Origin: an uncultured Nitrososphaerales archaeon
Lineage (GTDB): Archaea > Thermoproteota > Nitrososphaeria > Nitrososphaerales > Nitrososphaeraceae
DNA length: 64,000 nucleotides
Reading direction: 5' to 3'
NCBI GenBank assembly: GCA_963841565.1
Contig: CAWJCY010000002.1
Coordinates: 39,573-103,572 of the forward strand
Position numbers and translations under genes: made by a program
Shown: positions 42,470-53,372 of the stretch, piece by piece
Position numbering within the stretch: position 1 is the first letter of the stretch
Layout: every line of letters begins with the position of its first letter
The notes under the pieces: generated by a model
What the model saw: the letters and a program-made list of their open reading frames with translations, nothing else
What the model was told of the DNA's origin: nothing
Databases searched by the model: none

Positions 42470-42787
42470 CTAACTGGTTACTCCATCACAGGATCCTAGA
42501 GCGGCAGTAATCTCGTCCGCAGATCGATATGCGCCTATACTTACCTGTGATAATACTTCGTTCCTACATAGCACATATGCCGTTGAATAGTGGCCTGAGG
42601 TGTATCCCATATATGCAAACCCGACGCCTATCAGTATTGACAATCCTACGACGAAGACGATCGTAAGCATCAATGTCCTATGGTTGGTCGTTAAGGGTTT
42701 ATCCGTAGGTCCTTCTTCCTTCTTTACTACTAGTTTTTTTACATACATCAGTTTACTCATAATGTCCAATATAGGAGCGATGCTCAA
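42470..42787 (-). CDS. Single-TM hypothetical protein
   Basis: One hydrophobic helix followed by a Cys pair. Confidence 0.6.
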   Translation of the reverse strand: MSIAPILDIMSKLMYVKKLVVKKEEGPTDKPLTTNHRTLMLTIVFVVGLSILIGVGFAYMGYTSGHYSTAYVLCRNEVLSQVSIGAYRSADEITAALGSCDGVTS

Positions 42788-43417
42788 TAAGTTTTGTATA
42801 TGCTGTTTATGATTAATAGAGAATCCTCCTTGTTTGAATAAAAGATTATGAATTATAATAACTCATTATTCTTCTTGATATGAATAATAGAAATATATAC
42901 AAAGGTTGCCAGAAAAACGTTTCCTAAATGTACATTAGGTTGTACCTAATATTCACCATTACTCACAATATGAGCGTTCAAGATCACGAACACATTACCT
43001 GCAGAACCAGAGTTGTTCTGTATCGTATAGGTATGGATTATATTTCTAGTGCAGTTCAAACATTTGTTGAACGGACTGCATTATCGTAAGCTCGGACATA
43101 GGTTCATTAGAGACTGTGAGATAAACTACCATTGATAAATGGAATGACCTTCTTGAAACCCAAGGTAAACCAACTAACAAATTCTATTAGTTCTATACAT
43201 TGGATACATCGGATAATCTATTGGGATTAACGCTCCTAAGTATTATCTTTGGTCTGCCAAGATTGTTCGTTACTGATTACCAAATAGTATGTTTAATCGT
43301 AATTCATCAACATACGTAGTAAGTGGTTATAACGATACTACATAAGAAACTGAAGCTACTATATGTATGAACTATAGATTAAGGAAGAAGGATGTAATTG
43401 GAGGTGTTTTACGGTAG

Positions 43418-43873
43418 TTGTTAAGTGTCATACGGTTTGGCGTAAAAACTTTTTTGTTCGAAAATCATGCCCTATTCTACATTGCCGCAACAACTACAAT
43501 GATTGCAGGCATTCTATACTTAATGATGATCGGGTCTTCATTGAAGCAGATTAATTTTCCCATGGAATTGCTTCCATACACTGATGGCTTATTCCTTGTA
43601 TCTGGAATAGCACAAATCTCCTGGACGATACCAATGGCATTAAACTGGAATACACGTTGGTTCTATGCAGGTCTAATTGGCACTATTGCATTAACCTCAC
43701 TGATAGCATTGACAAGGATTCCAAGTGAAATAACAGGCATAGCATTACAGGATAAGAATCCAATGGCTTTGTTAACCGAAGTAATGCAGACTACATATAT
43801 TTTTACAACGCTAACCATAATTCTTAACAAGAAGAGGGCGATCTTTAGATTAGTTACGCATCGAACATTATAA
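43418..43873 (+). CDS. Four-TM membrane protein
   Basis: IAGILYL, FLVSGIAQ..W, YAGLIGT, TR.P. Confidence 0.7.
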   Translation: MLSVIRFGVKTFLFENHALFYIAATTTMIAGILYLMMIGSSLKQINFPMELLPYTDGLFLVSGIAQISWTIPMALNWNTRWFYAGLIGTIALTSLIALTRIPSEITGIALQDKNPMALLTEVMQTTYIFTTLTIILNKKRAIFRLVTHRTL

Positions 43874-44293
43874 ATCCAATCATCAGATATTCCAATGTAA
43901 TGTTCTATTATTTTAGCTATTATAGACAGAGTCAGGCTAAATATGTGGCTCAAACCCTTGTTTGTAGCGTTCAGACCTGATCTTTGGGGCTATTTTATGA
44001 TTAGCTAACCAGTTTCTATTGTATAGTAGTATTGTATCGTCTAAGGTGAGAAAATTGATGGCTCTCAGATATTCTCCAAGAGTTCATTTTCAGTAATCCG
44101 GTAATAACCATCGGAGATTCCACTTGAATGCCGCTTATGATATGACATTGTTATGATAGTTAGAGACCTCGATGAACGCATAGGGAACGTAATTACTAAG
44201 GCAAGAGAACAAGATACATGCATTTCTCTCAAAATGAACGAGGTTGGAACACACTTCTATCAATTAAGAAAAAAATAAAACTTGAAATTGCAA

Positions 44294-44350
44294 TGGGCCC
44301 AAGGGGGGTTTGGCAAGACTTAAGTGTACTGAATATTTCACGAAGGATTC
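44294..44350 (-). repeat. att-like site copy 2 (~57 bp)
   Basis: + strand TGGGCCCAAGGGGGGTTTGGCAAGACTTAAGTGTACTGAATATTTCACG. Confidence 0.8.
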
Positions 44351-44594
44351 TTGCTCTGGTCATATAACATTCTTTTGCCTTACCAGGATCTCATCCCTGT
44401 GCATGCTTGCAAATAAAATCGATTACTTCATTACATATTTTTTAGTTTAAGATTAATTCGCATACAAGGAGGTCGATGTTTACATGAGGTTATTTTATTA
44501 ATATTGAACGGTCTAATTGAACGTTCTGAACAAATCATCAAGAATGCCCACAAGGTAAATCAATCTGTCATCTTGAACAAAAACGCGTTCAATT

Positions 44595-44796
44595 GCAGCG
44601 TTCAATTGATTTGAGCGTGAAACATAATGAATGGTAGTGATTATCTGTTAACGGTTAACAAATCTGTAAACGCAGGACAAACCTGTTAACGAAATTTGTA
44701 AACAGTCGTTAACGGACCCGCAGCATTCAATTGATTTGAGCGTGAAACATAATGAATGGTAGTGATTATCTGTTAACGGTTAACAAATCTGTAAAC
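44595..44796. repeat. 77 bp direct repeat (44595-44671 and 44720-44796, one mismatch) rich in GTTAAC/GTAAAC/GTTCAA
   Basis: Read directly from the sequence. Confidence 0.92.
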
Positions 44797-45405
44797 ACGT
44801 GTAAACCATAGGGACTTGGGTCCGCGAATTCCTCAAACTCCCGTTTACGAAACAATCGGAACCAACAACCGCCGTTCAGCGATTATATCTGGGATATCGG
44901 GGAAAAGAGTGAGATAATGCTTGATTCAATGATTGAACGAAGTTAGCGTAAATGCTCGTCGTCATGACAAGTTTGGAAACTAATTCATTTGGGTGATTTC
45001 ATAATGGTGTCAGATCTGTAGGCGAGTTATCCAACGTTCTGTCATGATCTAATAAATCAGATTTAATCTTAGTATCAAGAAAGCGCATTCACCACGGTGA
45101 AAGTTTTACTAGCATAATCTTACCTTACGCCATCGTGTTAATCTATGTTTCAAATATACGAACCCACGCACAAAATGGGGCCATTGGTTTGTGAACCAGA
45201 TTTGACGTAATTTCAAGGTCCCATTTCGGATGTATATCACTGGTCTGGGTCCGGCCTATTCGATCTTTTATGCCACTTATGTAGCCAGGATTGGAGGCGT
45301 CAGATGGGTGTTATCTTGGTCCTACCTTCTACTCTGGTGACAACGACTGATTAAATCATGGCAAGCCAGATAACTACGTACAAGGTATCTGATCAAGAAT
45401 TTATC

Positions 45406-46218
45406 CTACGCCTTCATCGCTAGTGTGAGGAGGTAGTCAAGCCTTGTCAAATTCTCATGTACGTAAGGTGTTATGGATCTAATAAAGTCATTTTCTAGTT
45501 CCTTGACCTTGGTAGGACTCTGTCCTCCAAGTGCTTGGATAGCACGTATCAGGGGCCCATATTTTGTACTAAACAAGTGCCAAAAATGATTTGGGCTCAA
45601 TACAGGAATGTTTACGGCGCCTCGTTCGAAGTGAAGATCCTTGACGTTGCTGCCGAGACGCTCCCGTACCATCTCTGGAATTCCCCATTGCATCGGAGAA
45701 GGAGGGCTGTTAGGAGGAGGTGGGACATGCCTTCCAATAGCTGCGAAGAACCTTCCTACGGCATTTTCAGGAGGCCAAGTCGTAAATGCAATAAAGCCTC
45801 CTACCTTTGTGACTCTGATGAGCTCTTCTGCAGCAATTGTTGGTCGAGGAGCAAACATATGTCCTAGACTTGAGAACACTATGTCAAATGAATTGTCAGG
45901 AAATGGAAAATCTTCAGCATCACCATGTTTCCACTCAATCCCTTCTATTAAACCAGCAAGGGCTGCTTCTTCCTTTGCACGTTCCAAAAGATCAGGTGTG
46001 ATGTCTATCCCAATTACTTTTGCCCCTGCTCTGCACGCAGTAATGGCTGTAATGCCAGTACCACATGCTACGTCGAGCACTTGCTCACCACGACTAACAC
46101 CAGTGGCTCGTACTAAGTGAGCAGACATAGGTGAAAGGAAGGTTGCTATGTCGTTATAAGATCCCAAGGCCCAAGTTGCCTTCGCTTTTTCCTTTAAATC
46201 TGCAACGGGGTCGCTCAA
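45406..46218 (-). CDS. Class I SAM-dependent methyltransferase
   Basis: VLDVACGTG, GIDITP, GDAEDFPFPDNSFD, GHMFAP. Confidence 0.92.
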   Translation of the reverse strand: MSDPVADLKEKAKATWALGSYNDIATFLSPMSAHLVRATGVSRGEQVLDVACGTGITAITACRAGAKVIGIDITPDLLERAKEEAALAGLIEGIEWKHGDAEDFPFPDNSFDIVFSSLGHMFAPRPTIAAEELIRVTKVGGFIAFTTWPPENAVGRFFAAIGRHVPPPPNSPPSPMQWGIPEMVRERLGSNVKDLHFERGAVNIPVLSPNHFWHLFSTKYGPLIRAIQALGGQSPTKVKELENDFIRSITPYVHENLTRLDYLLTLAMKA

Positions 46219-46498
46219 ATCAAATCTAGAAAGCCCTGCCCGATAATAAGGCTTATGTTCTATGGGATGACATCGCTATATTTTAGGCTACTCGAACAAA
46301 GGATCATCTAGAAAGCATGTAGTTCGTCTTCCACTGTCAACACCACCGCTGTACAGGATTCATAGATATAATATTGCCTTTGGTTTATTGATATAATACC
46401 CTTTTACTTATTGAAGACATCCAATCTCAAACTAATCAGTCATTGGATATTCTGTCAAATTACTAAAGTATCCAGAAACATATAAATCCACGTAGTAG

Positions 46499-46558
46499 GT
46501 GGGCCCAAGGGGGTTTGGCAAGACTTTAAAGTGTATTCAATAATCCATGCGGTTCCAA
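46499..46558 (-). repeat. att-like site copy 3 (~60 bp)
   Basis: + strand GTGGGCCCAAGGGGGTTTGGCAAGACTTTAAAGTGTATTCAATAATCCATGCGGTTCCAA. Confidence 0.8.
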
Positions 46559-46625
46559 TACGAGTTAATAGAGAGTTAGCAGTTTTCTTAGTTAAATTAT
46601 AGACCAGTCATTTTACATTTAGTTG

Positions 46626-49600
46626 TTATTGGTCGGTAAGCAGCAACATAAAGTAAAAGGTAGCTCCCTTTTCTCCATAAGCATCACTATTATTTTCAGC
46701 CCAAATCCTACCTCCATGTGCTTCTACAATATTTTTGGAGATGAATAATCCCAATCCAGTACCTTCGAAAGATTTTGCAGCGAATTTAGAAAACAATCTA
46801 GGTAGTATTTCATGGTCTATGCCTGACCCAGTATCTTTGATACTAACAATAACTTGATTGTCATTCCTTTGTGTACTAATAGTTATAGTTCCTTCTGTGG
46901 TAAATTTAATAGCATTACTTACTAGGTTAGAAACGACTTGGGTTATCCTGCTTCTGTCAGCTTCTAAAATAATATCCTGATTGCTGGGGCTATCTAATAA
47001 TTTTATGTCTCTATTATTTTTTTCAATTTCATTCTTATGGTCCTGAACAGTATTGGATATCAATTCATTCAGGTTAAACCTTTCCTTCTTTAGTTTTAAT
47101 GAATAACTTTCAATTCGAGTAACGTCCAGTATATCTTCTGTAAGTCGATGTAATCTCTTTGCATTTCTTATGATGGCATCTAGTATTTTTTGTTCGTCTC
47201 CTACTCCAGTCCCGCCAATGAGGGTTATTCTAGAACGAAGTATTTCAGATAAACCAAGTATTGGTTGAATAGGAGTACGTAGCTCATGAGCTGCTATATT
47301 GATAAAGTCATTCTGTATTTTGTTATGAACTTTTAGTTGTTCATTAGCCTCTGCAAGTTGTTTGTTTAATTCTTCTAATTGTTCATTCAACTCGGTTTGT
47401 TTCCAAAAACTTTCAAAAATAGAAATGTATGATGAAACAATTGAATTGCTATCAGAGTATGTAGTTAAACCTGCCGCATTGTAGGAATTATCTTCTGCGT
47501 CGTCCTTCGATTCTACAATAACACATTCCCTTCTGTCAACTAATACTATTGAGATTCTAGTCTGTAGGCTCCTATCTATCCTTCTAATATCAATCTGCGC
47601 AGGGATCGACTTCGTTTCCTTACCTATTATTGACATAATATTATCATCGTCTGCGGGAATTAGTACCCTTATCTTTGCGCTATTCTCCTCTGATGCTTTT
47701 TTTAAAAATTGAAGCCCACCCATCTCAAATAGGCTACGTGCAGCATTCGCTGAGGAAAACATTATCAATACTTCTTCTTTTGCTGATCTTATAATATTCC
47801 AAGCACGTTTTATTCCTTCTTTTGGATTTGAAATAATTTCTATATTAGCTTGGTCAACTCCTTCTTCAATCTCTCTTATTCTATCTGAAGCATCAATCCC
47901 ATTCTTCCACAACTCTTCAAAAATGGAAGCAAAATGATTAATGTATGCTAGTTCATTACTAACCAACAGACTCTGAGCCATCTCGCCACCTTCCATCTTC
48001 TCTATTGTGGCCATCATTACTTTATCTGAAACAGCGAAATCAATTGGCGGCATATTTTTGACATGTCTTATCTGTACACCTATATCCAGGAATATTCTAA
48101 CCAGATCTGCATTATCTTTGTCTTTAATAGAAGTAATCCATCTTATGCCTTGGTGTTGTCCATTTCTATATTTCAGCATAACTTCTTCGAACGTATCAAA
48201 GTAGTTGTTATAGACTAATCGCATTCCAGCAAATTTTGAACACGCTAAAAACTCTATAGAGCTCTCCAAAATGTCTTTTCCTTTCCTTAAGATTTCATCA
48301 ATGTTTTGTAATACCTTAATTTCTCTTAATACTGTTGACAGATATTGTTTCATGTCATGCTCCGTAAGAGAAAGTTGCACTCCAGTCTGCTCTGTCATGC
48401 CAGTTGCATGGTCTTTTGCCATCCTTATCACCTTTTTCTCTAATTTCTGCTCCATCTGATCAGATCCGACACCAACCAGTAGTTTTGATTCAGTTGCGGC
48501 AGATTTTCTAATCGCCTGACGTAACTTTACATCTTGAGACATAGAAATTGTTGAATAATAAATGCCAATTAGAATCAGATAGCATGATAATCCTACAAAT
48601 GAGACGCTGGCAAGTCCAAGAGGTGGATAAGAGGCTAGCATTACACTACCTGAAGTTGCTAGTGCAAAAAGCGCAAATCCAGATCCAGCAATAATCATAT
48701 AATCTTTTAATATACTACTATAGTTGAGTCTCCTTGCTATCATTAAAAAGGGAAGACCAAATAAGACGCTGCTGATTGCTGCTGGAATAGTATAGCCCAA
48801 GGCATCTACTATTATTTTGAAAATCGTGTCCATATCACTACTATCATGTGATACACTCATAACAAATGGAGTTACAATAACAAAAATACTTAGAAAAGAT
48901 GCTATAGGAATAGTGATGATAGCCCAGAATTTGACTTTGCCTAATTTTTTAGAATATGTATGTAGAAGCATGGTTGTGCTACCCCACAATAACAAAAAGC
49001 TCAAAATATGTGATACAACATAGACAATCTGGGCTATACCTGGTATTGTAGATTGATCAAATTTTCTGATATCTGGTCCATGGCCAACTTCTTCTTGTTC
49101 TGAATGGCCAACTTCTTCTTGTTCTGAATGGCCAACTTCTTCTTGTTCTGACGTAAGCTCTGTTGGCGATGGAGCTATTATCTCAGCGGGCATACCTTGT
49201 AGTATAACGGTGAAAAAAACAAGTGATGATACAACACTGAAACTAGTAATTATAGATGATATACCATAAAGCAAGACTACAGAATTCCTATTAGATTTGT
49301 ACCAAGAAAAAAACTCTAATGCGAGTGTCACCATTATAAAGCCCGCTACTGCATAACTGATGGACGAGCTCCAAGTTAACATAGATGTAGGGTAATAGGA
49401 GTATACAAACATTTGTAAAATAATGAATACAATAATGGCTGTCAGAACATACTGTACTATTGTCATTATTGTGTGTAGTCTATTAAAATGTGGAGACCGG
49501 AATCTTATGTTCTTACTTTTCTGTTTCACGAAATCTAAAATGAGATATTGTCCTGCTGCATATACAATTGCTATAGCAATAAATGCAGCAAAACCCCAAT

Positions 49601-49736
49601 TGGTAGATACGCTTATCATATCTGAAATATTGCTAAGTGATATATCTATTATTAACGCAGAAATTACAATTGAAATGATGACCAAAAATTTTCTACTGCT
49701 ATATCCTGTAACGCTTGCAGGCAAAAGAGAAGTCAT
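46626..49736 (-). CDS. Membrane sensor histidine kinase (multi-TM, two TrmB/PLD-like domains, HisKA/HATPase)
   Basis: AAHELRTP H-box, NLVSNAIKFT, DTGSG, GTGLGL; two domains ending FEELWK/FESFWK. Confidence 0.93.
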   Translation of the reverse strand: MTSLLPASVTGYSSRKFLVIISIVISALIIDISLSNISDMISVSTNWGFAAFIAIAIVYAAGQYLILDFVKQKSKNIRFRSPHFNRLHTIMTIVQYVLTAIIVFIILQMFVYSYYPTSMLTWSSSISYAVAGFIMVTLALEFFSWYKSNRNSVVLLYGISSIITSFSVVSSLVFFTVILQGMPAEIIAPSPTELTSEQEEVGHSEQEEVGHSEQEEVGHGPDIRKFDQSTIPGIAQIVYVVSHILSFLLLWGSTTMLLHTYSKKLGKVKFWAIITIPIASFLSIFVIVTPFVMSVSHDSSDMDTIFKIIVDALGYTIPAAISSVLFGLPFLMIARRLNYSSILKDYMIIAGSGFALFALATSGSVMLASYPPLGLASVSFVGLSCYLILIGIYYSTISMSQDVKLRQAIRKSAATESKLLVGVGSDQMEQKLEKKVIRMAKDHATGMTEQTGVQLSLTEHDMKQYLSTVLREIKVLQNIDEILRKGKDILESSIEFLACSKFAGMRLVYNNYFDTFEEVMLKYRNGQHQGIRWITSIKDKDNADLVRIFLDIGVQIRHVKNMPPIDFAVSDKVMMATIEKMEGGEMAQSLLVSNELAYINHFASIFEELWKNGIDASDRIREIEEGVDQANIEIISNPKEGIKRAWNIIRSAKEEVLIMFSSANAARSLFEMGGLQFLKKASEENSAKIRVLIPADDDNIMSIIGKETKSIPAQIDIRRIDRSLQTRISIVLVDRRECVIVESKDDAEDNSYNAAGLTTYSDSNSIVSSYISIFESFWKQTELNEQLEELNKQLAEANEQLKVHNKIQNDFINIAAHELRTPIQPILGLSEILRSRITLIGGTGVGDEQKILDAIIRNAKRLHRLTEDILDVTRIESYSLKLKKERFNLNELISNTVQDHKNEIEKNNRDIKLLDSPSNQDIILEADRSRITQVVSNLVSNAIKFTTEGTITISTQRNDNQVIVSIKDTGSGIDHEILPRLFSKFAAKSFEGTGLGLFISKNIVEAHGGRIWAENNSDAYGEKGATFYFMLLLTDQ
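49080..49151. repeat. 3 x 24 bp perfect tandem repeat encoding SEQEEVGH in a kinase loop
   Basis: ATGGCCAACTTCTTCTTGTTCTGA x3. Confidence 0.93.
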
Positions 49737-49931
49737 TTCCTGGTCATAGTCCCCTATAATTTACTTGCAACTAATAAATATGCTTTCTTCGGTAATACAG
49801 CTTAAAGAGGAACTTGAAACACATAGTCTCTTGTTTGAACACTGCGAGATACAATTTATCTCCAAATTGTTGTAATTGGAAACCCATATAGCATTTAGCC
49901 CCCTATGCTAATGGTATGAGAGGTGTAAGAA

Positions 49932-50249
49932 TTGAGCGCAGATTTTGTAAAGGTTGCTGAAACAAAAGACATCAAACCATCTACAATGAAAGCAATCGAC
50001 CTAGCAGGTGAGAGGGTTTGCATTGTTAATGTCGAAGGAAATTACTACGCAATAGGAAATGTATGTACTCACGTTGGTGGACCCCTAAATGAGGGTACAC
50101 TTGAAGGATACGATGTTGAGTGTCCTTGGCATGGTTCTAAATTTGATGTTAGGACAGGTAAGCCAACCAGACCTCCAGCACGCCAATCAGTTCCAACGTA
50201 TGTAGTAAAGATAGAAGATAATAACCTACTAGTTAGAAAGCAACAATGA
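49932..50249 (+). CDS. Rieske [2Fe-2S] ferredoxin
   Basis: CTH and CPWHGSKFD motifs. Confidence 0.93.
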   Translation: MSADFVKVAETKDIKPSTMKAIDLAGERVCIVNVEGNYYAIGNVCTHVGGPLNEGTLEGYDVECPWHGSKFDVRTGKPTRPPARQSVPTYVVKIEDNNLLVRKQQ

Positions 50250-50261
50250 CGAGGCCTACCA

Positions 50262-50663
50262 ATGAGTAACGGCCCTGATGAACGGGAAGAAACTCTTTGG
50301 CGTCATGATATCAAGAAGGGTTGGCTACGTAAAAAGGTCGTGTATTCTTACCTTATCACGAATAAGCGGATTGTATCTGGCTCTCAAGTCCTGAACTTGG
50401 ATGATGTGTCTGATTGTGTTTCTGTGAATGAAGAAAGGTTTTATGGAGGGGGAGTTAATAGTGTAGGAACTCATACAAGAGGACCTAACGCCCGTTTGAG
50501 TTCGTACCGTGGAAGAGGCCGCGTTATTGGTGATGTGATCTTTACGAGTCATTCAAACCAAGATACCATTTTTCATGATGTGCCTGACCCTGATGGTGTG
50601 GTTAGATTAGTCAAGACTTTAATGAAGCCTAGAAAGGGAAATGCGGAAGAGGATGGAAGATGA
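50262..50663 (+). CDS. Bacterial-PH-like domain protein
   Basis: EETLW, YLITNKRIV, IGDVIF, FHDVPDP. Confidence 0.65.
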   Translation: MSNGPDEREETLWRHDIKKGWLRKKVVYSYLITNKRIVSGSQVLNLDDVSDCVSVNEERFYGGGVNSVGTHTRGPNARLSSYRGRGRVIGDVIFTSHSNQDTIFHDVPDPDGVVRLVKTLMKPRKGNAEEDGR

Positions 50664-51100
50664 CTGAAAAATATCTTGGACGCAAAAAAAGTATGCCCAA
50701 GGGTGTATGAACCATATTTTACTCAAAGTTAGGTTTCGAAACAGCCCAAGTTGGATTTAGGATTCTAAATATTTCGATCGGTATTCGCTCAATGTAAAAA
50801 AGCGAAGACATTAGTCTTCAATTTAATTTTTTTGTTTCTTTCGGCGGAATGCATTTAGAGGCAAAGGATTCTCCATACTGAAGTGACTAACCTTGGAGAT
50901 AAATCTATTTAATGCGATGACAATAATGAACTGACTATCTTTATACAGCACTGACCCATAATTCATGTCAAGCAAATTCTCATTTAAGGCAAATATCCTA
51001 TTTTTTTGATGATATTATAATTAAGTGCGAGTAATCTAGCAAATCATTCATTTTACAAAATAATGTCAATAACTTCACGTAGTTGCGAAGTGGGACTTGA

Positions 51101-51793
51101 TCAAATTAATAGTGAATAAAAGTGTTCATCATCTAAACGTAATCTATATATCTTGTTACTCTTAGTCAAGAATACTGTATTATGAGCATTAAACAATTCA
51201 AATAAATCGTCAAATGATCCGGCAAGAACAGTTTTTGTGTTCGCAATACAGTAAGTAATTCCTGGTAGAGATTTACTCTCATACCACTCACAAACCCCTG
51301 CAGCCTTTTTTACAGATCCTTCACGAGAGATATCTTCAACTAAGAAAGTAATTATCAGTGGTAATAGATTCATATTATCTCTGTTTCTGCCGTTGCTTCT
51401 TCTTTCCTCAATTTTGCTATTGATAGTATCAAGAACTTTAATCGCCGTTTCTTGTGGTTTCTCCAAAAACTGTTCATAACGTTCACCTGCTGCATCAACC
51501 CACCTTTTCTTATTTAGAATTTGTATACCAGGATGTTTCGCCGGACCACAATATGATTTGAGCCAAATGTCTGAGGCCAGCTTATCAATTTCGTCCAGTA
51601 ATTTCTTTAATGATATTTGATCAGAATACAAGATCAAGTTGTGCCTGTGTTTATTCTTTTCGTAATTCTTAATCCACTTATCAATAGCATCCGTTACGAT
51701 TGAAGAGAGGGTAGTTCGATCATTTGTGGCAATTTGAGCAGCCTTTGCATGAAGTTTTTCATCGAAACCTCGAACAAACAAGTCCTTTACCAT
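51101..51793 (-). CDS. Ribbon-helix-helix protein fused to a MEDS-like domain
   Basis: DLFVRGFDEKLH...TLSSIVTDAIDKWI RHH pattern; HNLILY...YC...HNTV sensor-like part. Confidence 0.7.
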   Translation of the reverse strand: MVKDLFVRGFDEKLHAKAAQIATNDRTTLSSIVTDAIDKWIKNYEKNKHRHNLILYSDQISLKKLLDEIDKLASDIWLKSYCGPAKHPGIQILNKKRWVDAAGERYEQFLEKPQETAIKVLDTINSKIEERRSNGRNRDNMNLLPLIITFLVEDISREGSVKKAAGVCEWYESKSLPGITYCIANTKTVLAGSFDDLFELFNAHNTVFLTKSNKIYRLRLDDEHFYSLLI

Positions 51794-51823
51794 ACTATTT
51801 TTTTCTCAATTGCTATTATTAAG

Positions 51824-51878
51824 GATATCTAGATATCTAGAATCGATAGAATTAAATATCAGATATCTAGATATCTAG
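51824..51878. promoter_or_regulatory. Two blocks of (GATATCTA)2 palindromic repeats next to a TATA-like box: likely operator
   Basis: GATATCTAGATATCTAG at 51824-51840 and 51862-51878. Confidence 0.65.
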
Positions 51879-52272
51879 TTCATGGTGAATTGTCTATGTC
51901 TCTGTTACTAGATATAGTGCATGAAACAGATTGGGCTCATTGGTAACATGGGAGAACCATGTACTACTTCATTCCTCCTCTAAAAGATCACGTTTTGATT
52001 CCTTTATCCTATCATAGTTCGATTTAACGGGGAATGTACCAAAAGCAGGCATTTCAATGGATCCGGCTGAACCACTCCCGGAAAATAGATCTGAATCAGG
52101 CGATGAATTTGAAGACTAGATAGGTGAAACGAAATCGCAAAAATTATCCGGGATGAATAATATGATTGTAGCACTTGAGTCACACGGCTCAGTTTCCTCC
52201 GAAAAATTTCAGGCAATTGGATATGAGTGGAAATAAGTATATTTTATAAGGAAATTTGACCCGATGGGTAGA

Positions 52273-52461
52273 CTATATTATATGATGTTTGATAGCACAA
52301 TCTTTATGGTAATAGTGTCTAGGTCGTCCACTGCTAACCACGACATGATCATTAGTTATACGTTGTTTACACGAAACGCATTTCCCATTCTGTTTCTCTT
52401 CAATCAATTTTAGTATCCGGTTTATTCGTTCATGTGGATAAATCGTTAATGGTTGATTCAA
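52273..52461 (-). CDS. Small zinc-binding protein (CxxC...HxxC)
   Basis: CVSC and YYHKDCA; overlaps the stop of the upstream gene. Confidence 0.7.
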   Translation of the reverse strand: MNQPLTIYPHERINRILKLIEEKQNGKCVSCKQRITNDHVVVSSGRPRHYYHKDCAIKHHII

Positions 52462-52772
52462 TTCTTTGGTCTAGAAAATATAGAAAGCAGTATAGGCAGG
52501 AGCATCTTAGGCTCTTGCTCTTCGGGGATAATTTCTTGAGCTACTTTATTTAAATCTAAAGCTTCATTCCCATAAGCTTGTAGACCGTACTGTATGCAGT
52601 CACTACAGGTCACTTCTACAAATGAATACTTTAGCCCATTCTCTAGAACTGTTAAACTCGTAGATATCTTGGTAATATTATTTAAACGCGATAAGTCGCG
52701 TAGCGCTTCTATGCTGCTGCCATAACCAGTAGGCATATCGGATAGTATCTCTTTCTCCAACTCGCATTCCAT
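52458..52772 (-). CDS. Hypothetical protein
   Basis: 104 aa ORF coupled to the downstream gene. Confidence 0.65.
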   Translation of the reverse strand: MECELEKEILSDMPTGYGSSIEALRDLSRLNNITKISTSLTVLENGLKYSFVEVTCSDCIQYGLQAYGNEALDLNKVAQEIIPEEQEPKMLLPILLSIFSRPKN

Positions 52773-53372
52773 TCGTGTCGAAGAAGATTAATGCTATTCA
52801 CAGGTGGCTATGACGAATCATGACGTAAGCTTACAATTCATAGCATAAACAAAATCAACTAACGTCTAAGGCTTTTTTTTTGCTCTGAATCTTGACCGTC
52901 AACTAGAATGTATCACACTACAAAATCTGGCTATATTAATTATAATCAAAATATAGCCCATAGAAGAGGAAATTGATCTACCGCTTGCTCTATCTAATTT
53001 ATCCTGAGGAGCTCCTATCGCCTGGCATATAATCACAACATGATAACACTAATCGTGTAGCTTCTGGGCTTGGAGCGATCGTAGGATGTGCTACACGATA
53101 CAATAATGAACTTTGAAGAATGTACGAAGGTGATGAGACAGAGGGAGAGTCAGACGATAACGAATGTAGACTTAGAGAGGGTTGGCTAATTAGGGTGCTG
53201 TAACAAACTATCTTAAATCCATGATTGGTTGACATCGGTAATGGTACGTGACTCAGTTCAAGTCAAAATCTAGTTGCATTCAGATCATCCCCCTACAGGT
53301 TGAGACCTTGCAATCGGGTTGAATTTGGGTTGAATTTGGAAATGATTTGGGAAATCCCATAAGTAGTATTTC

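Noticed and set aside
44595-44796. Mini-CRISPR (two repeats and one spacer)
   Set aside because: A 77 bp repeat is too long, the intervening 48 bp shares the same hexamers, and there are no cas genes
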